The notes below the pieces were generated by a model. That model saw only the letters and a program-made list of their open reading frames with translations, was not told where the DNA came from and did not search any database. Shown here piece by piece: positions 21,207 to 37,243 of a stretch of DNA of 64,000 bases. Positions within the stretch are counted from its first letter, which is position 1, and each line of letters opens with the position of its first letter. Origin of the DNA: Nocardioides sp. (GTDB taxonomy: Bacteria > Actinomycetota > Actinomycetes > Propionibacteriales > Nocardioidaceae); the NCBI RefSeq assembly GCF_044226305.1, contig NZ_JBGAHF010000013.1:33883-97882 (forward strand), written 5' to 3'. Made by a program: the position numbers and the translations under genes.

Positions 21207-22057
21207 GGGGTCTCCTCGGTTCTCGGGGCGGGCTCGCCCGCCATCGTGGCGAGCTCGCTCGCCAGGCGGGCGATGGTGGTGGGGTCGTGGAGGAGCGCGG
21301 TGCCGACCTGGACGGCGATCGCGCCGGCGTCGAGGAAGCTCCGGGCGTCCGCGGCCGTGGCGATCCCGCCGCAGCCGACGATCTCGGCGTCCGGCAGCGC
21401 GGCCCGCACCTCGGTGACGCAGCGCAGGGCGACCGGGCGGATCGCGGGACCGGACAGGCCGGCATCGCGGCCGTCGGGCAGGGCGGCCGGCAGGGCGCCG
21501 CCGACCACCACGGCGCCGGCGCCGGCGTCGAGGACCGCGCGCGCGGGCTCGGCGACCCGGCCGAGGGCGGGGCGCAGCTTGGCGAGCACCGGGATGCCGC
21601 GGGGCAGGTCGCGGGCGACGGCTCCGACCAGGGCGGCGGCGTGGAACGGCTCGCCGCCGACCGCCACCTCGATCGCGGCCAGCCCGGGCGCGCGTCCCAG
21701 CCTCCGGGCCACCTCGGCGTGCTCCCCCAGCGTCGCGCCGCCGATGGAGACGACCACCCGGGTGCCCGACCGCGCCAGCCAGGGCAGCTCCCCGGCGAGG
21801 AACGGCTCCAGGCCCGCGCTGGGCTGGCCGGTGGCGTGCAGCATCCCGGACGGCGTCTCGAGCACCCGTGGCGGGTGGTCGCCCGGGCGCGGGTTGAGCG
21901 TCACCGAGCGGGTCACGAACGCGCCCAGGGCGCCGAGGTCGCCGCCGGGGAGGTACGGCGCGAGCTCCCGGCCGGTGCCGCCGCACCCGGCGGCCACCAG
22001 CACGGGCCCGGCCAGCGTCAGGCCGGCGAGGCCGACCGTCGTCGTCGAGGCGCTCAT
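21203..22057 (-). CDS. class-1B dihydroorotate dehydrogenase-like flavoprotein with degenerate active site
   Basis: Start MSASTT (22057); homologous blocks PRVLETPSGML, AKLRP, GLSGPAIRP, GCGGI, VQVGTA, but no NxSCPN loop. Confidence 0.8.
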   Translation of the reverse strand: MSASTTTVGLAGLTLAGPVLVAAGCGGTGRELAPYLPGGDLGALGAFVTRSVTLNPRPGDHPPRVLETPSGMLHATGQPSAGLEPFLAGELPWLARSGTRVVVSIGGATLGEHAEVARRLGRAPGLAAIEVAVGGEPFHAAALVGAVARDLPRGIPVLAKLRPALGRVAEPARAVLDAGAGAVVVGGALPAALPDGRDAGLSGPAIRPVALRCVTEVRAALPDAEIVGCGGIATAADARSFLDAGAIAVQVGTALLHDPTTIARLASELATMAGEPAPRTEETP

Positions 22058-22857
22058 CCCAGCTCCGCCCAGCGGACCCGGTCGCCGCGGACCACCGGGC
22101 CCTCCGTGCAGGCGCGGACCTCCCGGGCCACACCGTCCTCGCCGACCACCGGCAGCGGGCACCCGCGGCACAGCCCGGTCGCGCACGGCTGCGGGACGGC
22201 GACGGCCGTCTGGCTCCAGGCGCCCTGCCCCTCGGCCGCCGCGGCGACCGCGTGCAGGGTGTCGACCGGCCCGGCGGCGTACACGACCTCGGCCGCCGCG
22301 CGGGCGAAGGTGTCGACGAGGACGTCGGCCGCACGACCGCGGATGCCGACCGAGCCGTCGGCGGTGACGACGGTGACCGCCCGGGCCGAGCGCCGCGCCT
22401 CGAGCGCGGAGAGCAGGTGTGCCTCGTCGCGGGCGGCCACGACCAGCGTGACCGCGCACCCCCGCTCGCGCAGCCGCTCGGCCAGCGGGAACAGCGGCGC
22501 GGCGGCCCAGTCCTCCCCCACCAGCACGCAGCTGACCGGCTCCTTCGGGAGCGCGAACGGCCGTCCGAGCGGCCCGGTCAGCTCCAGCTTCGCGCCGACC
22601 GGGAGCCCGGCGAGCCAGGAGCCTCCGGTGCCCGCGGGCTCGACGACGAGCTGGAGGGCGGCGCCGTAGCCGCCCACCGTCCGGACCCGGTGGATCCAGT
22701 ACGACCGGCGCGCCAGGTGGGCCGAGTCCGCCAGCGAGACGGCGACGAAGGTGCCCGGCCGGAACCGCTCGGGGACGCCGGGTGCCACGACGGTCAGGTG
22801 CCGGTAGGCCCCGACCCGCTTCGAGTCGAGCACCTCCCCCGTGACGTGCACCGTCAT
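22054..22857 (-). CDS. pyrK: dihydroorotate dehydrogenase electron-transfer subunit-like (FAD, 2Fe-2S)
   Basis: Start MTVHVT (22857); [16 protein letters not shown]-terminal CATGLCRGC...ACTEGPV four-Cys cluster motif. Confidence 0.82.
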   Translation of the reverse strand: MTVHVTGEVLDSKRVGAYRHLTVVAPGVPERFRPGTFVAVSLADSAHLARRSYWIHRVRTVGGYGAALQLVVEPAGTGGSWLAGLPVGAKLELTGPLGRPFALPKEPVSCVLVGEDWAAAPLFPLAERLRERGCAVTLVVAARDEAHLLSALEARRSARAVTVVTADGSVGIRGRAADVLVDTFARAAAEVVYAAGPVDTLHAVAAAAEGQGAWSQTAVAVPQPCATGLCRGCPLPVVGEDGVAREVRACTEGPVVRGDRVRWAELG

Positions 22858-23869
22858 CCTCGGGCGTCCTGGACGCCGCGCACGATCCGTCGCGGCCACA
22901 GCGGGCCCTCGTAGACGAGGGCGGTGTAGCCCTGCAGGAGCGTCGCCCCCGCGTCGAGCCTGGCCCGGGCGTCCTCGACGGTCGTGATGCCGCCGACGCC
23001 GATCAGCGTGAGGTCCGGTCCGACCCGCTCGCGCAGCAGCCGCACCACCTCGAGTGCCCGCGCGGTCAGCGGCGCACCGGACAGGCCGCCGGCACCGACC
23101 TCCGCGACCCGGGCGGCGGGCGTGCGCAGGCCCTCGCGGGAGATCGTGGTGTTGGTGGCGATGATGCCGTCCAGGCCGACCGCGAGCGCGAGGTCCGCGA
23201 CGCCGAGGACGTCGTCGTCGGCCAGGTCGGGGGCGATCTTCACGAGCAGGGGCACGCCCTCGGCCACCCGCTGGACGGCGGTCAGGATCGGCTCGAGCTT
23301 CTCGACGGCCTGGAGGTCGCGCAGGCCTGGCGTGTTCGGAGAGCTGACGTTGACCACCAGGTAGTCGGCGTACGGCGCCAGCAACCGCGCGGACTTCTCG
23401 TAGTCGCGGACCGCCTCCTCCTCGGGGACGACCTTGCTCTTGCCGATGTTGACACCCAGGACGGGCGCTCCGTCCGCCGTCGAGCGCCGGCCGCGGGCCC
23501 GGAGCCGGTCGGCCACCACCTCGGCCCCGTCGTTGTTGAAGCCCATCCGGTTGACGACCGCGCGGTCATCGGGGAGCCGGAACAGGCGCGGCTGCGGGTT
23601 GCCGGGCTGCGCCTCACCGGTGACGGTGCCGACCTCGACGTGCCCGAAGCCGAGCGCGGCGAGGCCGTCGATGCCGACCGCGTTCTTGTCGAACCCCGCC
23701 GCCAGCCCCAGGACGTTGGGGAAGGTCAGCCCCAGCGCCTGCACGGGGCGTCCCGGCACCCGCCGCCGGGCGGTCACCGGCCGAGCCGCCCGGATCGCCC
23801 GGAACGCGGAGTGGTGCGCCCGCTCCGGGTCGGTCCGGGTGAGGACGTGGTCGAAGAGGGCGCGGTAGA

Positions 23870-23873
<4 letters not shown>
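22854..23873 (-). CDS. pyrD: quinone-dependent (class 2) dihydroorotate dehydrogenase
   Basis: Start GTG at 23873; [44 protein letters not shown] (catalytic Ser), VKIAPD, ATNTT, GGLSG. Confidence 0.96.
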
Positions 23874-27216
<3,343 letters not shown>

Positions 27217-27217
<1 letters not shown>

Positions 27218-28428
27218 CAGGCGTCCTCTCCTGGCGTGCTGTTTCCGTTCAATTGCTCGGTCTGGCCCGCATCCGGGCCCGAATCTGCGTCACTTCCCAG
27301 CAATTGAACGGAATCGACGCCACCGCCCATCAGCTGGACGAACCGGTCGAAGAGGTACGCCGCGTCGTGCGGGCCGGCGGCGGCCTCGGGGTGGTACTGG
27401 ACGGAGAATCCCCGCAGCCTGCCGGCCGCGTCGCGGAGCTCGAGGCCCTCCACGACGTCGTCGTTGAGGCACACGTGGCTCACGGTCGCCTCCCCGTACG
27501 GCGTGGTGGTGCTGCCCTCGAGCGGCGCGTCGACCGCGAACCCGTGGTTGTGGGCGGTGACCTCGACCTTGCCGGTGGTGCGGTCCATCACGGGCTGGTT
27601 GATGCCGCGGTGGCCGTACTTCAGCTTGTAGGTGCCGAACCCGAGGGCCCGGCCGAAGAGCTGGTTGCCGAAGCAGATCCCGAAGTAGGGGATCCCCGCG
27701 GCGAGCGCGCCCTGGAGCACCTCGACCTGCTGGGTCGTCGCCGCCGGGTCGCCGGGGCCGTTGGAGTAGAACAGGCCGTCCGGCCCCACGGCGCGGATGT
27801 CGGCGAGGGTCGCGGTGGCCGGCAGCACGTGCACCTCGATCCCGCGCTCGGCCATCCGGTGCGGCGTCATCGACTTGATGCCGAGGTCGAGCGCGGCCAC
27901 CGTGAGGCGCTTGTCGCCGATCGCGGGGACGACGTACGCGGCCTGGGTCGAGACCTCGGACGCGAGCTCGGCGCCGGCCATCTCGCCGGACTGCCGGACC
28001 CGGGCCAGCAACGCGGCCGGGTCGGTCTCGGTCGAGGAGATGCCGACGCGCATCGCGCCCCGCTCGCGCAGGTGGCGGGTCAGGGCGCGGGTGTCGATGC
28101 CGGAGATGCCCACCACGCCCTGGGCTCGCAGCTCGTCGTCCAGCGACCGCTGGGAGCGCCAGCTGGACGCGCGCCGGGCGGGGTCGCGGACGACGTAGCC
28201 GGCCACCCAGATCCGCGCGGACTCCGGGTCCTCGTCGTTGACCCCGGTGTTGCCGATGTGCGGCGCGGTCATCACGACGACCTGGCGGTGGTACGACGGG
28301 TCGGTCAGCGTCTCCTGGTAGCCGGTCATGCCGGTGTTGAAGACCGCCTCGCCGAACGTCTCCCCCTCGGCGCCGTAGGTCTCGCCGCGGAAGGTGCGTC
28401 CGTCCTCGAGGACCAAGATCGCGGTCAC
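27217..28428 (-). CDS. carA: carbamoyl-phosphate synthase small subunit with an atypical C-terminal extension
   Basis: Start GTG at 28428; [52 protein letters not shown]; about 35 extra residues after FDRFVQLM. Confidence 0.96.
27243..27313. repeat. 71-bp element bounded by a perfect 15-bp inverted repeat (REP/MITE-like)
   Basis: TTCCGTTCAATTGCT (27243-27257) and AGCAATTGAACGGAA (27299-27313), with an inner GGCCCG-catc-CGGGCC hairpin; AT-rich relative to its surroundings. Confidence 0.75.
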
Positions 28429-29345
28429 TGCGCCTCCTCCGGCTCGGTGCGGCCCTCCAGCTCGGTGAGGAAGGCGGTGAGGCCGGCGACGTAGGTGTCG
28501 TGGTCGTCGGCCAACGCGAGGTGGGAACCCTGCGGGCTGTGGTGGTAGCGACCCCGGGGCAGCTGGTCGGCCATCCACCGCAGGTGGGCGGGGTCCATCG
28601 TGTCGTGCTCGGCGCCCATGACCAGGGTCGGCACGTCGATCCGGGCCAGGTCGCGGCTGCGGTCCCAGTCCCGGAACGAGCCGACCGCGCCGAGCTCGCT
28701 CGGGCCGTTCAGCAGGTCGTAGACCTCGTGGTTGATGTGGGCGAACGAGGTGACGACCACCTCCGGCCACTCCTCGAGCGGCAGCCGGCAGACGTGGTCG
28801 ACGTAGTAGTGCTCCATGAGGAGCGCCTCGTACGCCGGGTCGCCGGTCTCGCCCGCTGCCTCCATCCGCTTGATCTCGGCGAGCGCGTCCTGGTCCATCG
28901 CCGGCATCAGCACCTGCTCGGCGTACGCGTTGTAGGCCGGGATGCTCGACATCATGTTGGAGACGACCAGCCCCTGGAGCGCGTCGGGGTGGGCCAGGGC
29001 GTACTCGATCCCGAGCATCCCGCCCCACGACTGCCCGTAGAGCACGAACCGGTCCAGGCCGAGGGCGGTGCGCACCTGCTCGACCTCGTCGACGAACCGG
29101 TCGACCTGCCACAGCGACTCGTCGTGGGGCTGGTCGGAGAGGAACGACCCGAGCTGGTCGTAGAAGTACAGCTCGAACCCAGCGGCGGCGAGCGGCTCCT
29201 CCAGCGGGAGGAGGTACTCGTGGGTGGCGCCGGGGCCGCCGTGCAGCATCAGCACCTTCAGGCGCGGGTTGTCGCCGACCTGGCGGGTCCAGACCTCGAA
29301 GGTCCCGGCGTGCGTCTCGACCGGGATCCTCCGCTCACCGCTCAC
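28425..29345 (-). CDS. proline iminopeptidase-like alpha/beta hydrolase (peptidase S33)
   Basis: Start GTG at 29345; LHGGPG, YDQLG, nucleophile elbow GQSWGG, EHDTM, GSHLA. Confidence 0.88.
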   Translation of the reverse strand: MSGERRIPVETHAGTFEVWTRQVGDNPRLKVLMLHGGPGATHEYLLPLEEPLAAAGFELYFYDQLGSFLSDQPHDESLWQVDRFVDEVEQVRTALGLDRFVLYGQSWGGMLGIEYALAHPDALQGLVVSNMMSSIPAYNAYAEQVLMPAMDQDALAEIKRMEAAGETGDPAYEALLMEHYYVDHVCRLPLEEWPEVVVTSFAHINHEVYDLLNGPSELGAVGSFRDWDRSRDLARIDVPTLVMGAEHDTMDPAHLRWMADQLPRGRYHHSPQGSHLALADDHDTYVAGLTAFLTELEGRTEPEEAQ

Positions 29346-30621
29346 TGCAGCTTCCCGTCGAGGACGGTGGGCGTGCCGCGCAGGAACGTCGCGACCACGC
29401 GACCGGGCAGCTCCATCCCGCGGTACGGCGTGTTGCGGCTCAGGCTCGCCGACTCGGCCGCGTCGACCGTGCGGCGCGCGGCGGGGTCGTAGAGCACGAC
29501 GTTCGCCGGCTCGCCGGCCTCGAGGGGCCGGCCGTGCCGGTCGGCGACCCGGCCGATCCGCGCCGGCGCGTAGGACATCCGGTCCGCCACGCCGGCCCAG
29601 TCCAGGAGGCCGGTGTCGACCATCGTCTCCTGCACGATCGAGAGCGCGGTCTCGAGACCGAGCATCCCGAACGCCGCGGCGGCCCACTCGCAGTCCTTGT
29701 CCTCGTGGGGGTGCGGCGCGTGGTCGGTGGCGACGACGTCGATCGTCCCGTCGGCCAGGCCGGCCCGGAGCGCCTCGGCGTCGGCGGCCGTGCGCAGCGG
29801 CGGGTTGACCTTGTAGATGGGGTCGTAGGTCGCGGCCAGCTCGTCGGTGAGCAGGAGGTGGTGGGGGCACGCCTCGGCGGTGACCTGGACCCCCTTGCCC
29901 TTGGCCCAGCGGACCAGCTCGACGGAGCCGGCGGTCGAGACGTGGCAGACGTGCAGCCGGGAGCCGACGTGCTCGGCGAGCAGCACGTCGCGGGCGATGA
30001 TCGCCTCCTCGGCGACGGCCGGCCAGCCGGCCAGCCCGAGGCGGCCGGAGAGCTCGCCCTCGTTCATCTGGGCGCCCTCGGTCAGCCGCGGCTCCTGGGC
30101 GTGCTGGGCGACGACCCCGTCGAAGGCCTTGACGTACTCCAGCGCCCGGCGCATCAGCACCGCGTCGCTCACGCACCGGCCGTCGTCGGAGAAGACCCGG
30201 ACCCGGGCGGCCGAGTCGGCCATCGCGCCGAGCTCGGCGAGCCGCTCGCCCTGGAGGCCGACGGTCACCGCGCCGACCGGGAACACGTCGCAGTAGCCGG
30301 CCTCGCGGCCCAGCCGCCAGACCTGCTCCACGACGCCGGCGGTGTCGGCGACCGGTTCGGTGTTGGCCATCGCGTGGACGGCGGTGAAGCCACCCATCGC
30401 GGCGGCCTGCGTGCCGGTCTCGACGGTCTCGGCGTCCTCGCGGCCCGGCTCGCGCAGGTGGGTGTGGAGGTCGACGAGGCCCGGGAGCGCGATGAGCCCG
30501 GTGCCGTCGACCACCTCGGCGTCCGCCGGCGCGCCGGCCGCGTCGGCGATGACGCCGTCGCGCAGCAGCAGGTCGGTCGGCTCTCCGCCGAGGATGCTGA
30601 CGTTCTTGATCCAGTACGTGG

Positions 30622-30625
<4 letters not shown>
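29342..30625 (-). CDS. pyrC: dihydroorotase
   Basis: Start GTG at 30625; [35 protein letters not shown]. Confidence 0.96.
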
Positions 30626-32228
<1,603 letters not shown>

Positions 32229-32305
32229 GTCGATCGGCGACGACACTACCTCCGTCCCGGCCGCGCCGGTCAACCGGCACCCCGGATTCTCACCCGGTGG
32301 ACGGC

Positions 32306-32905
32306 TCAGCCCTCGACCTCGTCCGCCCAGGCCGCGTGCTCCCGCCTGGCCCACCGCGCGGACACCGCGCCGACCCGCATCCCCCGCCGCGCCTCGGGGT
32401 CGCGGATCGCGAACGCGACGTGCCCCAGCACCAGGAGTCCCAGCCCGAGGGCAGCCCAGTCGTGCACGAAGGTCGCCCCGGAGCGCCACGACAGCCGCAC
32501 CAGCCCGGTCCAGAACATGATCGCGCCGGTCCCCAGGAGGACGCCGGTGGACCCGGCGACCAGCCAGGCGTTCACCTTCTGCCCCGCGTTGAACTTGCCG
32601 ACCCGGATCCGCCCGTCGCGTCGGGTCCGGGTCACCAGCCACCGCCAGTCGGACGGGGTCAGCCGGTCGAGCCGCCGCAGGTCGGAGCGGTACGCCGCCG
32701 ACAGCGCACCGAGCAGCATCGGGACGGGCAGCGCCAGCCCGGCCACCACGTGCACCATCTCGACGGTGTGCCGGTGCCCGACCACCAGCATCACCGAGCC
32801 GTTGTAGAGGACCGCGGCGGTGACGAGGCACGTGCCCATGAGGATCGCGACGGCCCGGTGCACGGCGCGCTCGGCCGGCGTGAAGCGCGCGAGGGTGTCA
32901 CTCAC
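32306..32905 (-). CDS. cytochrome b-type membrane subunit (FdnI / Ni-hydrogenase cytochrome b-like)
   Basis: Four hydrophobic segments with His at VHRA, VHVV, VHDW and GHVA; GKFNAGQK motif; its start overlaps the molybdoenzyme stop. Confidence 0.8.
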   Translation of the reverse strand: MSDTLARFTPAERAVHRAVAILMGTCLVTAAVLYNGSVMLVVGHRHTVEMVHVVAGLALPVPMLLGALSAAYRSDLRRLDRLTPSDWRWLVTRTRRDGRIRVGKFNAGQKVNAWLVAGSTGVLLGTGAIMFWTGLVRLSWRSGATFVHDWAALGLGLLVLGHVAFAIRDPEARRGMRVGAVSARWARREHAAWADEVEG

Positions 32906-33581
32906 CGATGAGCCCGTCGAGGGGATAGCCGCGCTGCTCCCAGTAGCCCGGGCGGTTGGCGGTCACCAGCTCGATCCCGGAGAGCCACTTGGTGCTCTTG
33001 TAGCCGTACATGGGCGCGGCGTAGACCCGGACAGGGCCGCCGTGGTCGTGGGTGACCGGTCGGCCGTACATCGTCAGCGCGACGAGCACGTCGTCCGCCC
33101 GCGCCTGGTCGAGGGTCATGTTCTCGGTGTAGGCGCCGTCGAAGGAGGTGAACCGCACGGCGGTCGCGTCGGGCGTGGGCGCCGCCCGCTCGACCAGGTC
33201 GGCGAGCCGGACGCCGCTCCAGGGGACGTCGTCGACCTGCCAGCCGGTCACGCAGTGGAAGTCGCGGGTCAGGTGCACCTGCGGCAGCTCCTGGAGGTCG
33301 GCGAGCGTGTACGTCGTCGGTTCGGCCACCTCGCCGGACACCGTGAGCCGGTAGGTCGTCGCGTCGCGCGGCTCCACCGGACCGGTGACGGAGTAGTAGC
33401 GGAAGGTGTTGCCGAGCGGGACCAGGCTCGTCAGACCGGTCGGGTCGTGCGCGAGCAGCCGGCTCAGCCGGTCCTGGACGGCGGCCCCGGTCAGCACCCC
33501 CACCGCACCGAGCCCGAGCAGGCCGAGGACGACGCGACGCCCGACCGGCGTCCCCTCGAGCTCGGAGCGCTCGTCCGGCAT
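32898..33581 (-). CDS. sulfite-oxidase-family molybdopterin oxidoreductase (MsrP/YedY-like)
   Basis: Twin-Arg segment VGRRVVLGLLGLG; DFHCVTGW (Mo-ligating Cys), WSGV.L, HGGPVR, YGYKSTKWL..I, GYWEQRGY. Confidence 0.87.
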   Translation of the reverse strand: MPDERSELEGTPVGRRVVLGLLGLGAVGVLTGAAVQDRLSRLLAHDPTGLTSLVPLGNTFRYYSVTGPVEPRDATTYRLTVSGEVAEPTTYTLADLQELPQVHLTRDFHCVTGWQVDDVPWSGVRLADLVERAAPTPDATAVRFTSFDGAYTENMTLDQARADDVLVALTMYGRPVTHDHGGPVRVYAAPMYGYKSTKWLSGIELVTANRPGYWEQRGYPLDGLIGE

Positions 33582-33585
33582 CGGC

Positions 33586-33777
33586 TCAGGGCTTCCGACC
33601 GCGCACGCCGAGCACCACGAGGACGACCCCGGCGACCAGCACGACGGGCCCGATCACCGACCACGTCGTCGTACCGCTCATCGGGCTGCCCTGGACGACG
33701 TCGAACCCCTGCAGGGTCCAGAGCAGGCCGAGCAGCGCGAGCACGGCGCCGACGACGACCCACAGGGGCTTGGCCAT
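33586..33777 (-). CDS. small two-TM membrane protein
   Basis: 63 aa with two hydrophobic helices around WTLQG...GSPMSG; 4 nt upstream of the molybdoenzyme gene. Confidence 0.72.
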   Translation of the reverse strand: MAKPLWVVVGAVLALLGLLWTLQGFDVVQGSPMSGTTTWSVIGPVVLVAGVVLVVLGVRGRKP

Positions 33778-33844
33778 GCCTCAACTCAAGCACGGACCAC
33801 CTGAGCGCCGGCCACCTCGAGGAGGACCGAGGCGACCGGGACCC

Positions 33845-34777
33845 TCAGCGCCCGGCGGCGGCCGCAGCCGGCGCCGGCTCGACGCGCGTGCCGGCCCGGC
33901 CGGCGACCACGTCGACGATGTCGTGCAGGGCGCCCACGCCGGCGGGACGACCGGTGGCGGTGACGAAGCCGCACACCGCCTCGACCTTCGGCCCCATCGA
34001 TCCTGCCGGGAAGTCCATCGCGCGCAGCTCGTCCGGCGTCGTCCGGCCGAGGAGCCGCTGCTGCGGCGTGCCCCAGTCCGCGTACACGCCGTCCACGTCG
34101 GTGACGATGACGAGCAGGTCGGCCTCCAGCTCCCGGGCCAGCAGGGACGCCGCCAGGTCCTTGTCGACGACCGCCTCGACCCCGTGCAGGATCCCGTCGG
34201 CGTCGAGCACGGTGGGGATGCCACCGCCGCCGGTGCAGACCACGACGGTGCCGGCCTCGACCAGGGTCCGGATCGACGGCACCTCGTAGATGTGCTGCGG
34301 AGCCGGCGAGGGCACCACCCGGCGGTACGACGACCCGTCCTGCCGGATCGTCCACCCGTTGTCGGCGGCGAGCTCCTCGGCGTCCTCGCGGAGGTAGACC
34401 GGGCCGATGAACTTGGTCGGGTCCTGGAACGCCGGGTCGTCGGGGTCGACGCGGACCATGGTCAGGAGCGTGGCGATGTGCTGGTCGGTCGGCAGCACGT
34501 TCCCGAGCTCCTGCTCGATCACGTACCCGATCATCGCCTCCGTCTGGGCTCCCAGGACGTCGAGCGGGTAGGGACGCACGTCCTGGTAGGCCGCGGCCTG
34601 GAGGGCCAGCAGCCCGACCTGGGGCCCGTTGCCGTGGGCGACCACGACCTCGTTCCCGGGCACGACCTCGGCGATCCGCTCCGCCGCGACCTTGATGTTC
34701 GCCCGCTGGTTCTCGGCGGTGAGCGGCTCTCCCCGCCGCAGGAGGGCGTTGCCGCCGAGGGCGATCACGATGCGCAT
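33845..34777 (-). CDS. arcC: carbamate kinase
   Basis: [42 protein letters not shown]. Confidence 0.96.
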   Translation of the reverse strand: MRIVIALGGNALLRRGEPLTAENQRANIKVAAERIAEVVPGNEVVVAHGNGPQVGLLALQAAAYQDVRPYPLDVLGAQTEAMIGYVIEQELGNVLPTDQHIATLLTMVRVDPDDPAFQDPTKFIGPVYLREDAEELAADNGWTIRQDGSSYRRVVPSPAPQHIYEVPSIRTLVEAGTVVVCTGGGGIPTVLDADGILHGVEAVVDKDLAASLLARELEADLLVIVTDVDGVYADWGTPQQRLLGRTTPDELRAMDFPAGSMGPKVEAVCGFVTATGRPAGVGALHDIVDVVAGRAGTRVEPAPAAAAAGR

Positions 34778-34787
34778 CAGGTCCTCC

Positions 34788-35792
34788 TCACGCCAACGAC
34801 GCCACGAGGAGCGCCTTGACGGTGTGCATGCGGTTCTCCGCCTGGTCGAAGGCGATGTTGGCGTCGGACTCGAAGACCGCGTCGGTCACCTCGATGCCGT
34901 GCGCCAGCTGCGGGTACTGCCCGACGACGCGGGCGCCCACGGCGGTCTCGGTGTCGTGGAAGGCCGGCAGGCAGTGGAGCACCTCGACCCGGGGGTTGCC
35001 GGTCGCCCGCAAGAGCTCGTCGTTGACCTGGAACGGCAGGCACCGGTCGACCCGCTCGCCCCAGGACTCCACGGGCTCCCCCATCGAGACCCACACGTCG
35101 GTGTAGACGAAGTCGACGCCAGCGACGGCGGTCCGGGGGTCGTCGGTGACGGTGATCCGGGCGCCGGAGGTCTCCGCGAGCTCGTGACAGAGCTTGAGCA
35201 GGCCCTCGGCCGGCCACAGCTCCTCCGGCGCGCCGATGCGCACGTCCATGCCCAGCTTCGCCGCCACCAGCACCAGCGAGTTCGCCACGTTGTTGCGCCC
35301 GTCGCCGACGAACGCGAACGCGATCTCGTGCAGCGGCTTGTCGGTGTGCTCGCGCATCGTCATGACGTCGGCGAGCATCTGGGTCGGGTGGAACTCGTCG
35401 GTGAGCCCGTTGAAGACCGGGACCCCGGCGTACCGGGCGAGGGTCTCGACGACCTCCTGCGAGAAGCCGCGGTACTCGATCGCGTCGTACATCCGCCCGA
35501 GCACGCGGGCGGTGTCCTTGACCGACTCCTTGTGCCCGAGCTGGGAGGAGCTCGGGTCGATGTAGGTGACGTGCGCACCCTGGTCGTAGGCGGCGACCTC
35601 GAAGGCGCACCGGGTGCGCGTGGAGGTCTTCTCGAAGATCAGGGCGATGTTGCGGCCGCCGAGCAGCGGCCGCTCGGTCCCGGCGTACTTGGCGCGCTTG
35701 AGGTCCCGGGCGAGGTCGAGCAGGTGACGGATCTCGTCGGGTGTGTGGTGGCGCAGGCTGAGCAGGTGCCGCCCGCGGAGGTTGACCGGCAT
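34788..35792 (-). CDS. arcB: ornithine carbamoyltransferase (catabolic context)
   Basis: [39 protein letters not shown]. Confidence 0.95.
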   Translation of the reverse strand: MPVNLRGRHLLSLRHHTPDEIRHLLDLARDLKRAKYAGTERPLLGGRNIALIFEKTSTRTRCAFEVAAYDQGAHVTYIDPSSSQLGHKESVKDTARVLGRMYDAIEYRGFSQEVVETLARYAGVPVFNGLTDEFHPTQMLADVMTMREHTDKPLHEIAFAFVGDGRNNVANSLVLVAAKLGMDVRIGAPEELWPAEGLLKLCHELAETSGARITVTDDPRTAVAGVDFVYTDVWVSMGEPVESWGERVDRCLPFQVNDELLRATGNPRVEVLHCLPAFHDTETAVGARVVGQYPQLAHGIEVTDAVFESDANIAFDQAENRMHTVKALLVASLA

Positions 35793-35819
35793 GGTGATTC
35801 CTCTCTGTCCCGGACGGGA

Positions 35820-37139
35820 TCAGTAGTCGACGGGGTCGCGCAGGATCGGGCAGGTCATGCACCGGCCGCCGCCCCGGCCCCGGCCGAGCTCGCTGGCGTC
35901 GATGGTGATGACCTCGATGCCGGCCTTGCGCAGCTGGGTGTTGGTGTGGGTGTTGCGGTCGTAGCCGACGACGACGCCCGGTTCGAGGGCGAGGACGTTG
36001 TTGCCGTCGTCCCACTGCTCGCGCGCGGAGCCGTAGCGGTCACCACCGGTCGGGACCACCCGCAGGCGGACGCCGAGCGCCTCGCCGACGACGTCGACGA
36101 AGGGTCGGTCCTCCCGGCGGGCGTCGAGCCCGGAGGGGGCCGAGTCGTCGGGACGCAGCGAGAACGCGTCGATGGCGTCGACGACCGGGTGGTAGGCCGT
36201 CACGACGTCCCGGTCGCAGAAGGTGAAGACGGTGTCGAGGTGCATCGCCGACCGGGCGCGGGGCAGCTCGGCCGCGATCACGCGGGTCGCCGCGCCCGCG
36301 GCGAACAGCGCGCGCGCCACCTGGGTGATCGCCTGCTGGGAGGTCCGCTCGCCCATGCCGATCAGCACGACGCCGTTCCCGGCCGGCATCACGTCGCCGC
36401 CCTCGATCGTCGCCTGCCCCCGGTCCAGGGGCTGTTGGTCCGGATCACCGAACCACACCGTGAACGGCTGGTCGGCGAAGTCGGGGTGGAAGCGGTAGAT
36501 CGCCGTGGTGAGCAGGGTCTCCTGCCGGCGGGCCGGCCAGTACATGCTGTTGAGGGTCACGCCCTGGTAGATCCACGAGCTGTTGTCGCGCGCGAACAGG
36601 GTGTTGGGCAGCGGCGGCAGCACGAACTGGGTGACGCCGGTGTCCCGGAAGGCCCGGACGAACGGCCCTCCGAGGTCGGCCGGCACGTCGGCGAGGACGA
36701 CCCCTCCGACCAGGTGCTCGGCCAGCTTCTCGGCGGGCAGGCTCTCGAGCCAGGCCCGCACCTCGTGCACGAGGCCGGGGCCGACCTGGTCGTCGGTGAC
36801 CTTGCGGTCGAGGATCCAGGCCCGGCCGTCGGGGAGCCGCACGACGTCGGTGAGCAGGTCGAGCATCTCGAGGACCTCGACGCCGCGGTCGCGCATCTTC
36901 GCCATGAAGTCGAAGTGGTCCCGCTTGGCCTGGCTGACCCAGATGGGGTCGTCGTAGAGGAGCTCGTCGCAGTTGTCCGGGGTCAGCCGGAGGTGGGCCA
37001 GCCCGGGAGAGCAGACCAGCACGCGTCGCAGGCGGCCGGCCTCGGACCAGACGCCGACGCGGGCGCTCCTCGGGTCGCTCGTCGGGCCGCTGCTCGGGGG
37101 GCTGCCGGGCGACGTCTGCGTCAGGTGTCCGGTGGTCAT
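35820..37139 (-). CDS. arcA: arginine deiminase
   Basis: Start MTTGHL (37139); [51 protein letters not shown]. Confidence 0.96.
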   Translation of the reverse strand: MTTGHLTQTSPGSPPSSGPTSDPRSARVGVWSEAGRLRRVLVCSPGLAHLRLTPDNCDELLYDDPIWVSQAKRDHFDFMAKMRDRGVEVLEMLDLLTDVVRLPDGRAWILDRKVTDDQVGPGLVHEVRAWLESLPAEKLAEHLVGGVVLADVPADLGGPFVRAFRDTGVTQFVLPPLPNTLFARDNSSWIYQGVTLNSMYWPARRQETLLTTAIYRFHPDFADQPFTVWFGDPDQQPLDRGQATIEGGDVMPAGNGVVLIGMGERTSQQAITQVARALFAAGAATRVIAAELPRARSAMHLDTVFTFCDRDVVTAYHPVVDAIDAFSLRPDDSAPSGLDARREDRPFVDVVGEALGVRLRVVPTGGDRYGSAREQWDDGNNVLALEPGVVVGYDRNTHTNTQLRKAGIEVITIDASELGRGRGGGRCMTCPILRDPVDY

Positions 37140-37243
37140 GGTGAGCCTTCCTCGCTGGTGTCGTCCCGGACGCCTGACCGGGACCGATGGGCGTGACCAC
37201 CCGTGCGGAGCGGCCTCCGGCCACCCCGCACGGGTCGGGTCCG

